From assembly GCA_046290465.1 (NCBI GenBank), contig JBKAGP010000001.1:2176001-2240000 (forward strand): DNA of 64,000 nucleotides, written 5' to 3'. The notes beneath the pieces were generated by a model that did no database searches, was not told the origin of the DNA, and saw only the letters and a program-made list of their open reading frames with translations. The stretch's first letter is position 1, and each line of letters opens with the position of its first letter. This stretch comes from Planctomycetota bacterium (GTDB lineage Bacteria > Planctomycetota > UBA1135 > UBA2386). Made by a program: the position numbers and the translations under genes. Positions 46,465-54,442 of this stretch are shown piece after piece.

Positions 46465-49010
46465 CGTCCAGATTCCTCGGTCGTCAGGTCCACGGTAGCG
46501 CGGGTGGCCGCGTCGTGGCCCGCGAACTCGCGGACCATCGCAGCCGCCGCGGCGGCCAGGCGGTCGTTGCCGGCGGCGCGCGCCGCCAGCAGCCGCATTC
46601 GATACGGAGCCGCGGCCAGCGCCGCGAACGGATCGTCGCCGCCAGCCGGGTTGCGGTCCCCCAGCAGCCAGCGCACTTCGGCGCGGCGCGACGGCAGGCG
46701 CAGCAGTTCGCGGCCGGCCAGCCGGTAGAGCCGTTCGGCGGTGGCGTGCTCGCCGCGCAGCTCGGCGTCGTGCGCCTGCAGCCAGATCGCGGCGCCTTCC
46801 CCGACGTCGTCGTCGGCCTGGGTATGCGTCCACAGCCGGGCGGTCACCCGGCCCAACGCGCGCTGCAGCGACGGCTGCCGCGACAGCGCCCGCCAGAACA
46901 CCTTGAGCCGCTGGCGCGAGATCGACGCGCAACCGGGGCTGCCGCGCAGTTCTTCGACGACCTCGCCGAAGACCAGCTCGGCCTCGACCTCGTCGGCGGT
47001 GCGCAGCCGGTTGGCGATCGCCCGCACCAGCGGGAAGCCGAACGTGCCGTCGGGCCAGCGGCGCACCTGGCGCCGTTCGGCCTCGGGATCGGCGATCGGC
47101 ACGCGCAGCAGCAGGTCGCAGCACAGCCGCAGGTCCGACGCGTGCAGCGGCTCGGGCATGCCGTTGAGCGCCTCGTAGGGCAGCGACGCGAGCTGGTCGT
47201 CGAGCGGCCCGGCGACGATCGCCGCGCGCAGCTGCGCCAGCAGGTCCTCGCGCCGGTCGGTCGCCATCAGCAGCCGCATCGCGATCTCGAACAGGTCCTC
47301 GACCGCCGGCACCCGGTCAGCCGAGTCGTCGTCGGAGGAGCCACCACCGGGCGGATCGTTCCAGAAGCTCCACAGCGACGCCGCGGTCGCCTGCGGCTGC
47401 GCCACCGCCGCCCACTCGAGCAGTTCGCCGGCCTGCTCCGGATCCTCGCTCGCGAACGCCGCCCGCACCAGGCTCGCGCCCTGCTCGGCGGTCAGGCTCT
47501 CGGCGTAGTTGCGACACCGCCGCACGAACGCCGCATCGCGCGACGGCGCGTGGGCCACCAGCGCATCGAGTTCGCGTCGATCGCCGCGCGCGACCAGCTG
47601 CAGCCGCAGCACGTCGAGCTGCTGCTGGTGACGTTCTTGCTGGTCCTCCTGCACCTGGAGGCCGCGCTGCTGCTCGAGCGACGCGAGCAGGCGTTCGTAG
47701 ACGAACGGCTCGGTGCGGCGGCCGACGCGGTCGAGCAGGTCGCGCCACGCCGTGCTGCCCAGCACCAGCGGCCAGACCCGCTCGAGTGCGGCAGCGTCGC
47801 CGCCGTGCACCAGCGCGGTGACCAGGTGCAGCGGCGTGAAGCGGTCGGCCTGTTCGACGTCGTCGAGCATCGCCAGCAGCGTCCGCTGGATCTCGGGCTC
47901 GAGCTGCGGCCGCCGCGCCAGCGCCTGCGCCATTGCCCCGGACACCTCGGGCGTGCTGCCGAGCCATCGCACCACGTAGTCGACCGGGATCTCGTTGGCC
48001 GAGCGGGCGATGATCCGGCGGATGCGCGGAATCGACTCCCCGTCGGTCGCGACCTCGAGCACCTCGGCGTCGATCGCGCCCGCCTCGAGCAGCGCCTCGA
48101 ACGCAAAGTCGCGGTCGTCCTGGTCGTCGGCGTCGCGCAGCACCGCCAGCACGCGCTGCACGCGCTCGGGACGGTCGATCCGCTTCGGTGCAAACGCCAG
48201 CCACTGCGGCTCGAGCGGGATGCGGCCGTCGAGCGCGGCTTCGAGGCGTTCTTCGACCAGCTCCGGGCGGGTGTCGTGCACGTGCCGCAGCAGCTTGTGC
48301 GCGACCGCCGGCGGCAACGTCATCGCGAGGCCGAGCAGGCTCTTGAGCCCGCGGCGCGACAGCCGGTCCAGCAGCGGCGTCAGCGACGCGACCGTCGGCC
48401 CGCTGGGCTGGCCCTCGGCCTGCGGCTCCGGCACGCCCTGCATCAACGCGGCGTGCACGCGGCCGACGAGGCCGTCGGCGACCTTGGGCGTCAGGTAGGA
48501 ACACGCGAAGTAGAAGCCGTCGCCGGGACGTTCGTGCTGCAGCGACTCGAGCAGCAGCGCGGCCTCGTCGCGCCCGAGCGGCTCGGCGCGCGCGGCCAAC
48601 GCCAGCAGGCGGTGGTCGTAGGAGCGCGCGTGCCGCGCTTCGGACTGGCGCAGCACCCACGCGTGCGCCTGCGGCCGCGGCGCGCGCGCCAGCTCCTCGA
48701 GGAAGCGGCGCGCCGCACGCGGATCCTCGTCGAGACCGTCGAACAGCGCGTCGGGCAGCTCCGCCCACTCGTGCCGCACGATCGCGGCGACGGTGCGCGC
48801 CTCCGACTCGCGCTTGCCGCCGAGCACCCGCAGCACGGTCGGCAGCGTCAGTTCGCCGCGGTCGGCCTGCTGCGACAGCGCGCGGCACGCCGCAGCGGCG
48901 TCGTAGTCGTCGTCCTGCTGGGCGCGCAGCGACCCGGCGAGCGGGTCGACCAGCTGAGAAGCCCCCAGCAGCAACAGCATCGGGACGGACAGGTCGGTGC
49001 GCAGGTTCAC
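46461..49010 (-). CDS. Large secreted alpha-helical (HEAT-like) hypothetical protein
   Basis: Signal-like N-terminus ending LRA|Q; Leu/Ala-rich helices; 4-bp overlaps with both neighbours. Confidence 0.65.
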   Translation of the reverse strand: MNLRTDLSVPMLLLLGASQLVDPLAGSLRAQQDDDYDAAAACRALSQQADRGELTLPTVLRVLGGKRESEARTVAAIVRHEWAELPDALFDGLDEDPRAARRFLEELARAPRPQAHAWVLRQSEARHARSYDHRLLALAARAEPLGRDEAALLLESLQHERPGDGFYFACSYLTPKVADGLVGRVHAALMQGVPEPQAEGQPSGPTVASLTPLLDRLSRRGLKSLLGLAMTLPPAVAHKLLRHVHDTRPELVEERLEAALDGRIPLEPQWLAFAPKRIDRPERVQRVLAVLRDADDQDDRDFAFEALLEAGAIDAEVLEVATDGESIPRIRRIIARSANEIPVDYVVRWLGSTPEVSGAMAQALARRPQLEPEIQRTLLAMLDDVEQADRFTPLHLVTALVHGGDAAALERVWPLVLGSTAWRDLLDRVGRRTEPFVYERLLASLEQQRGLQVQEDQQERHQQQLDVLRLQLVARGDRRELDALVAHAPSRDAAFVRRCRNYAESLTAEQGASLVRAAFASEDPEQAGELLEWAAVAQPQATAASLWSFWNDPPGGGSSDDDSADRVPAVEDLFEIAMRLLMATDRREDLLAQLRAAIVAGPLDDQLASLPYEALNGMPEPLHASDLRLCCDLLLRVPIADPEAERRQVRRWPDGTFGFPLVRAIANRLRTADEVEAELVFGEVVEELRGSPGCASISRQRLKVFWRALSRQPSLQRALGRVTARLWTHTQADDDVGEGAAIWLQAHDAELRGEHATAERLYRLAGRELLRLPSRRAEVRWLLGDRNPAGGDDPFAALAAAPYRMRLLAARAAGNDRLAAAAAAMVREFAGHDAATRATVDLTTEESGR

Positions 49011-49819
49011 GGCAGCTCCTTGGCGATCGCGTCGCAGAGGTCCGAGGCGACCAGCCCGCTGACGCCGAGTTCGCGGCAGACGCGATCCCCGGCGGCCCCG
49101 TGCGTGCGCACGGCCAGGCAAGCCGCGTCGAACGGATCGAGCCCGCGCGCCAGCAGCGCGGCGAGCAGGCCACCGAGCACGTCACCGGATCCGCCGGTCG
49201 CCATGCCGGGGTTGCCGGTCCGGTTCTTGAACAAGCGCTCGCCGTCGCAGACCAGCGTGCCCTCGCCCTTCAGCACGGTCACGGCGCCGCTCTTCCGACA
49301 CAATTGTTCGACCGCGGCGGGGCGATCGCGCTGGACCGCCTTGGTCGTGGTGCCGAGCAGCCGCGCGGCCTCACCCGGATGCGGCGTCAGCAGCAGCGGC
49401 GCGCGGCTGGCCAGCCGTTCGGCCAGCGGGGCGAGCACGTTGAGCGCGTCGGCGTCGAGCACGACCGGGACCGCGGCGTGGTCGAGAACGGTCTGCACGT
49501 GGGTGCGCGTGGTCGCGGCCGTCGACAGGCCGGGGCCGATGACGACCGCGTCCGCCTCGGCGAGCTGGCGGCGCAGCTGCGGCACCCGCCGTTCGCAGGT
49601 GGTCGCCTCCGGCACGGCGAGCGGCAGCAGCGGCACCAGTTCTGGCGGCAGCGCGACGCGCACCAGACCGGCGCCCGAACGCGTCGCCGCGCGCGCGCAC
49701 AGCACCGCGGCGCCGACCATCTCGCGCGAACCGGCGACGACCAGCACGCGGCCGAAGTCACCCTTGTGCGCGTCGGAGCGCCGCGGCGGCAGTTCGGGCA
49801 GACGACGCACGTGCTTCAC
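49007..49819 (-). CDS. nnrD: ADP/ATP-dependent NAD(P)H-hydrate dehydratase
   Basis: 'HKGDFGRVLVVAGS..M.GA', 'GAGLV', 'IGPGL', 'DADAL', 'TPHPGE', 'MATGGSGDVL.G'. Confidence 0.95.
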   Translation of the reverse strand: MKHVRRLPELPPRRSDAHKGDFGRVLVVAGSREMVGAAVLCARAATRSGAGLVRVALPPELVPLLPLAVPEATTCERRVPQLRRQLAEADAVVIGPGLSTAATTRTHVQTVLDHAAVPVVLDADALNVLAPLAERLASRAPLLLTPHPGEAARLLGTTTKAVQRDRPAAVEQLCRKSGAVTVLKGEGTLVCDGERLFKNRTGNPGMATGGSGDVLGGLLAALLARGLDPFDAACLAVRTHGAAGDRVCRELGVSGLVASDLCDAIAKELP

Positions 49820-50916
49820 GTCGGCCCCCCATCGGTGGGGCGAGCGTCGCGGGCACAGCCGGTGACGGCGTTCCAGTCGACGACACAGTGCACTTCGCCG
49901 ACCTGCTTCTTCTGCGTGTTGGCGATCGGCAGCCGCCAGAAGCGCTGCAGCGGCTCCGGCACCGGATCGGCTCCGAACGCGCCGAGCGTGCGCAGCAGGT
50001 CGACGACCACCGGCTGGTAGCCGCGCTCGGCGCCGTCGTCCGCCTTGACCGCGAGTCCCAGCGCGCCCGGGAACCGCGGCCGCTGCGGGTCGGGTGCCAG
50101 CGCCATCACGTAGACCCCTTCGGCGCCGTTCTTGGCGAAGGCGCGGCCGGGCCACTGGCGGACCAGTGCGGTACACAGGCGCTGTTCGCCGGCCAGCAGC
50201 TCGGGGGCTTTGCCGACGGCGTCGAGGATGGAACGGCATGCAGCGGCACGAACGGGCGGCAGCGTGTCGTGGTTCGCAAATCGGCAGAAAGACCGCGCCA
50301 GCGCGTGCAGCGACAGCACCAGCGTCGGCGCACCGCAACCGTCGAGGCCGGACGGCAGCGGCGCGTCGAGGCCGGCCATCCCGGCGACGGCGGCATTGAC
50401 CGCCTGCTGCGCGCGGCTCTCGGGATCGAGGTAGTCGGCCAGGTCGTCGCCGAGTTCGCGGGCCAGATACAGGAAGCCCGTGTGCTTGCCGCTGCAGTTG
50501 TTGTGCACCTTCTGCGGCCGCTCGCCGCGCCGCAGCATCTCGAGGCGCGCGTCCTTGGCGAACGGCGCGTGCGGGCCGCAGCCGAGCAGCTGTTCGTCGA
50601 GGCCGCCGCGCGCGAGCAGCGAGCGAACGGCCGCGACGTGGCGATCGGTGCCGTCGTGGCTCGCGCACATCACCGCGAGCTCTTCGGCCGGCAGCCCGAG
50701 CCGTTCGGCTACGCCGCGTTCGAGCAGCGGCAGCGCCTGCAGCGGCTTGACCGCCGAGCGCGCATGGACCGGCGCCCCCACGTCCCCGAGCGCCAGCGCC
50801 AATTCGCCGTCGTGCACCACCGCCACCGCCCCCCGATGCCACGACTCGACCCGCCCACTGCGCGTCACCACCGACAACACCGGATTGCCGGCCGACCACG
50901 ACCCAGAACTGCTCAC
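49816..50916 (-). CDS. L-asparaginase, Rhizobium-type (asparaginase II / class 3)
   Basis: 'VESWHRG', 'RSAVKPLQA', 'ASHDG', 'NNCSGKH', 'DGCGAP', 'KNGAEG'. Confidence 0.92.
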   Translation of the reverse strand: MSSSGSWSAGNPVLSVVTRSGRVESWHRGAVAVVHDGELALALGDVGAPVHARSAVKPLQALPLLERGVAERLGLPAEELAVMCASHDGTDRHVAAVRSLLARGGLDEQLLGCGPHAPFAKDARLEMLRRGERPQKVHNNCSGKHTGFLYLARELGDDLADYLDPESRAQQAVNAAVAGMAGLDAPLPSGLDGCGAPTLVLSLHALARSFCRFANHDTLPPVRAAACRSILDAVGKAPELLAGEQRLCTALVRQWPGRAFAKNGAEGVYVMALAPDPQRPRFPGALGLAVKADDGAERGYQPVVVDLLRTLGAFGADPVPEPLQRFWRLPIANTQKKQVGEVHCVVDWNAVTGCARDARPTDGGPT

Positions 50917-50936
50917 CCCCCCAGTTATCGCCCCCA

Positions 50937-51116
50937 CACCACATACCGAACCCGGTTCAACTTGCGCCCTTTCGCACCGCATACCGAACCGGGTTCAAGT
51001 TGCGCCACTTGCCCACGCCAGCCGAACGGCCGTTCCCTCGCCCGTCGGCCCATCCGTTCGCTCGCAGGGGCCCGCCCCCGAAAAGGCGCAGCCTGAACCG
51101 GGTTCGGTATGCGGTG
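50937..51116. repeat. 38-bp REP-like unit: two tandem copies plus one inverted copy
   Basis: CACCRCATACCGAACCSGGTTCA..TGCGCC.TTTCG at 50937-50974, 50975-51010 and inverted at 51079-51116; internal palindrome GAACC-N-GGTTC. Confidence 0.88.
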
Positions 51117-51123
51117 TTTGGGG

Positions 51124-51525
51124 TCAGCGTTTGGGGATGGTGCAGTTGCCTGCGTCGCAGCGGCGGCCGAACAGGCGGCCGAGCGGGACGCGGTAGCGCG
51201 CGAACAGGAGGTAGCCGAGGTCGGCGAACCAGCGCAGCACCGGCCAGCCGGTCGGCGCCATCACCCAGCCGAGGCCGGCCGCGGACCACGCGGCGCGGAT
51301 CGCGGCCATGCCCTCGACCACGGTGCCGTCGGCCCGCACGCCGTGCAGCCGCGCGTGCACCTCGTCGATGCCCAGCCCAAACTGCGCCGCGTCGAAGCCG
51401 TCCGCCGCGATGTCGATGGCGCCGAGCCGTCCGTGCCGATCCCGCCGCCGGAGCCAGTCGACCTCCAGCTTGCAGAACGGACACTCGCTGTCGTAGAGCA
51501 GCGTGAACTCGGGTTGCATGACCAT
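51124..51525 (-). CDS. DCC-family thiol-disulfide oxidoreductase (DUF393)
   Basis: 'LLYDSECPFC' DxxCxxC motif; 'Y.LFARYR'. Confidence 0.9.
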   Translation of the reverse strand: MVMQPEFTLLYDSECPFCKLEVDWLRRRDRHGRLGAIDIAADGFDAAQFGLGIDEVHARLHGVRADGTVVEGMAAIRAAWSAAGLGWVMAPTGWPVLRWFADLGYLLFARYRVPLGRLFGRRCDAGNCTIPKR

Positions 51526-51669
51526 CGGTTCGCCCCTCCGCCCCAGCGGATGCGAACGGCCCCACGGTAGCCGCCGCGGCCACCCCGCTCCCATCCCCTG
51601 CGAACCGAATCCGGCCCCACGCCCCCCGAACCCCACGCCCCCAACCACAAGCCCCTTCGCCCTGCCGCT

Positions 51670-51703
51670 GGACTGGCCCCCTGGTCGGACTGGCCCCCTG
51701 GTC
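51670..51703 (+). repeat. Perfect 17-bp tandem duplication GGACTGGCCCCCTGGTC
   Basis: Two adjacent identical units ending 18 nt before ATG 51722. Confidence 0.85.
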
Positions 51704-51721
51704 TGGCCTCCAGGGGACCCC

Positions 51722-52534
51722 ATGCAACCGAACCTCGTCCGCATCGCCGCGCTCGCCGCGCTCACCACCCCGCTGTCGGCCCAGTTCTTCGACGACCACC
51801 GCTCTGCGCTGCCGCGCGCGCCGGGCGAGATCAAGGACGTCTGGGTCGCCGACCTCAACCAGGACGGCGTGCCGGACATCGTGCTCAGCGACGGCCGCGG
51901 CGCGTTCTCCGGTCAGCAGTGGCAGCCGACCGACTACCAGGGCACCTACTCGGTCGCCATCGGCGACCTCGACGGCGACGACGACGTGCTGTTCGGCAAC
52001 GGCTCCACCAACGAACACCAGGACTCGGTCGTCACCAACCTCGGTGGCGGCCAATGGGCGTTCGCGCCGGCGACGGCCGAGACCGAACAGGAGGACACCC
52101 ACCAGGTCCTGCTCGGCGACCTCGACCGCGACGGCGACCTCGACTACGTCGCGATCAACTCGACCGGCTGGGCCACCACCGCGCTCCGCTCGCGGGTCTA
52201 CCGCAACCACACCCGCCAGCTCGCAGCACCGCTGCCGCCGCGCGTCGGCCGCGACTACGACCTCGAGGTGCACGGCGCACCGCTCGGCGCCGGCGTCTGG
52301 CTGTCGCTGCAGCCCGCCAACGTTGCGACCCCGCTCGGCGTGCTCGGCCTCGGCCCGGTCGGCCTCGGCCCGCTGACGACCCTGCCGGCCCCGACCTCGG
52401 GAACGGTCGCATCGCAGTCGTTCGTGCTGCCCAACGTGCCGGCAATGGCCGGCGTGACGCTCTACCTGCAGGCCATCGACGTCGCCACGCTGCGGCTCAG
52501 CAACACGCTGCACGAGACGTTCGTCGCCTGGTAG
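51722..52534 (+). CDS. Short secreted FG-GAP/VCBS repeat protein with shared C-terminal domain
   Basis: Signal PLSA|Q; ADLNQDGVPD, GDLDGDDD, GDLDRDGDLD; C-terminus 'LPNVPAMAGVTLYLQA....LSN'. Confidence 0.78.
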   Translation: MQPNLVRIAALAALTTPLSAQFFDDHRSALPRAPGEIKDVWVADLNQDGVPDIVLSDGRGAFSGQQWQPTDYQGTYSVAIGDLDGDDDVLFGNGSTNEHQDSVVTNLGGGQWAFAPATAETEQEDTHQVLLGDLDRDGDLDYVAINSTGWATTALRSRVYRNHTRQLAAPLPPRVGRDYDLEVHGAPLGAGVWLSLQPANVATPLGVLGLGPVGLGPLTTLPAPTSGTVASQSFVLPNVPAMAGVTLYLQAIDVATLRLSNTLHETFVAW

Positions 52535-52572
52535 CGCGCGCGCCGCGGCCCGCCTATAACGGTGGCCGCATC

Positions 52573-52992
52573 ATGGAACTGGTCGAAGTCGAACTCGCGC
52601 GCGTGGTGATCCACCAGAAGGGGGATCAGCAGTACATCCACCTGCGCGAACGGCACGGCCCCCGCGGCTTCCCGATCGTCATCGGCTACAACGAGGTCGA
52701 GGAGATCAACCGCAAGCTGTGCGGCGTCGAACCACCGCGCCCCCTGACCCACGACCTGGTCGGCCGCATCCTCAAGAGCCTCGACCACCGCCTGCACCGC
52801 GTGATCATCAGCGAACTGCGCGAGGGCACGTTCTACGCGACGCTGATCCTGGTCCCGACCGGCGAGGACGCGTCGACCGGCAACCAACGCACCGTCGACT
52901 GCCGCCCGTCGGACGCGATCGCCCTGGCGGTGCAGACCGGCGCCCCGATCCACGTCGCACGCGACGTGTTCGAAGCGGTCGCGGCCGACTAG
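52573..52992 (+). CDS. Bifunctional nuclease family protein (DUF151)
   Basis: 'FPIVIG..E', 'PRPLTHDL', 'GTFYA', 'DCRPSDAIALA'. Confidence 0.93.
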   Translation: MELVEVELARVVIHQKGDQQYIHLRERHGPRGFPIVIGYNEVEEINRKLCGVEPPRPLTHDLVGRILKSLDHRLHRVIISELREGTFYATLILVPTGEDASTGNQRTVDCRPSDAIALAVQTGAPIHVARDVFEAVAAD

Positions 52993-53079
52993 GTCCGGGT
53001 CGCGGCCGAGTGGCGCTCGGTGCGACGACGCGCTAGCGTGGCGCGCCGCGAACGGGCCAGCATGGGCCCGCGCCTGGAT

Positions 53080-53169
53080 GGTGGGATGGCCGAGCGGCTG
53101 AAGGCACCGGTTTTGAAAACCGACGTAGGGTCAAACCTACCGGGGGTTCGAATCCCTCTCCCACCGCCA
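53080..53169 (+). tRNA. tRNA-Ser (anticodon TGA)
   Basis: GGTGGGATGGCCGAGCGG...CGGTTTTGAAAACCG, long variable arm, GGTTCGAATCC, CCA; 90 nt. Confidence 0.96.
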
Positions 53170-53258
53170 TTCAACCCTCTGGTGGTCGGCCCGCACCGAC
53201 CGCCGTTCCTGAGCAACGCGATCCTCGACGTCATCCAGTAGGCCTGGCCCGCGCCCCG

Positions 53259-54164
53259 CTACCGCAACACCGCCACCACGGGCACGTGGTCGCTCGGCCA
53301 GCGGCCACCGGGTCGGCGAACGTCGATCTCGCACGACACCACCTCGAGCCCGGCCGTCACCAGCACGTGGTCGATGCGGCGGTCGCCGAGCTCGCGAAAG
53401 CCCGTGAACGTCCCGATCTCGGCGGCGCCTGGATGCGCCGCGCGCCACGCGTCCACCAGCAAGGCCGGAGGCGTGCCGACCAACGCGCGCAGCGGCGGCG
53501 CTGCGGGGCCGGCGTTGAGGTCACCGAGCAGCACCACCGGATCCGACGTTCGACGAGCGGCGATGTGGCGCGCGAGCAGCCGCGCCGACTCGAGCCGGGC
53601 CGTGGTGCCGCGGTGGTCGAAGTGCGCGTTGTAGACGTAGAAGGCGCGGCCGCTGCCGCGTTCGAGGAGCCTGGCATACGTCGCGATCCGCGGCAGCGCC
53701 GCGTCCCAGCTCTTCGAGCCGATGCGATCGGGTTGCTGCGACAGCCAGAACGTGCCGTGGTCGTCGTCGTCGAGCCGCCACCGCGACGTGCGGAACAGCA
53801 GCGGGCACGCCTCGCCGCGCTCGGGGTCGACTTCGCGCGTGCGCGACAGAACGGTGAACTCGGGCAGCTGTCGGCGCAGCCAGGCGACCTGCTCAGGTAG
53901 CGCTTCCTGCAGGCCCCAGACGTCGCGTTCGCGCAGCAGCTCGACGACGAGGTGGCGCCGCTTCGGCCACGCATCGTCGCCATCGCGCGCACCGGAGTTG
54001 CGGATGTTGAACGTGCCGATGTCGATGGCGGCGGTGCGCGGCGAGGACGCCGCATCGCGCTTCGCGCCGGCACAGCCGGCCAGCGCGACGACGAGTGACA
54101 GCACCGCGGCCAACGTGCGGACACGGTGCCTCGGTGGAACAGCGGCGAGCCGACCGTCAAGCAT
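53259..54164 (-). CDS. Endonuclease/exonuclease/phosphatase (EEP) family lipoprotein
   Basis: 'TFNIR', 'GLQE', 'GTFWLS', 'NAHFD', 'GDLN', 'IDHV', 'PSDH.PV'; lipobox LAGC. Confidence 0.92.
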   Translation of the reverse strand: MLDGRLAAVPPRHRVRTLAAVLSLVVALAGCAGAKRDAASSPRTAAIDIGTFNIRNSGARDGDDAWPKRRHLVVELLRERDVWGLQEALPEQVAWLRRQLPEFTVLSRTREVDPERGEACPLLFRTSRWRLDDDDHGTFWLSQQPDRIGSKSWDAALPRIATYARLLERGSGRAFYVYNAHFDHRGTTARLESARLLARHIAARRTSDPVVLLGDLNAGPAAPPLRALVGTPPALLVDAWRAAHPGAAEIGTFTGFRELGDRRIDHVLVTAGLEVVSCEIDVRRPGGRWPSDHVPVVAVLR

Positions 54165-54442
54165 GACGCGGAGCATCGACGACGCCGGCGGATCGGCGCG
54201 GCAGCATGTGGCGCGAGGCGGTGCCGTGGTGCATCGCGCTGGCAGCCGTGATCCCCGATCAGGATCGACGCGAGCATGCGACGTTTGCCCCCTTCGAGAC
54301 GGACCTTCGCGTCGAGCGGCACCGCCGAGCCGTACCGTCAAGCCTCGTCGTCGAGCTGCCGTACCCGCGCATCGACCATCCCGGCCACGGCGACCACAGT
54401 TCCACCGCCAACTTCCCCGACCGATCGGGCATAGTCACGCCC

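Noticed and set aside
50937..51116. Possible CRISPR array from 38-bp repeats
   Set aside because: No unique spacers between the tandem copies, the third copy is inverted, and there are no cas genes in the window
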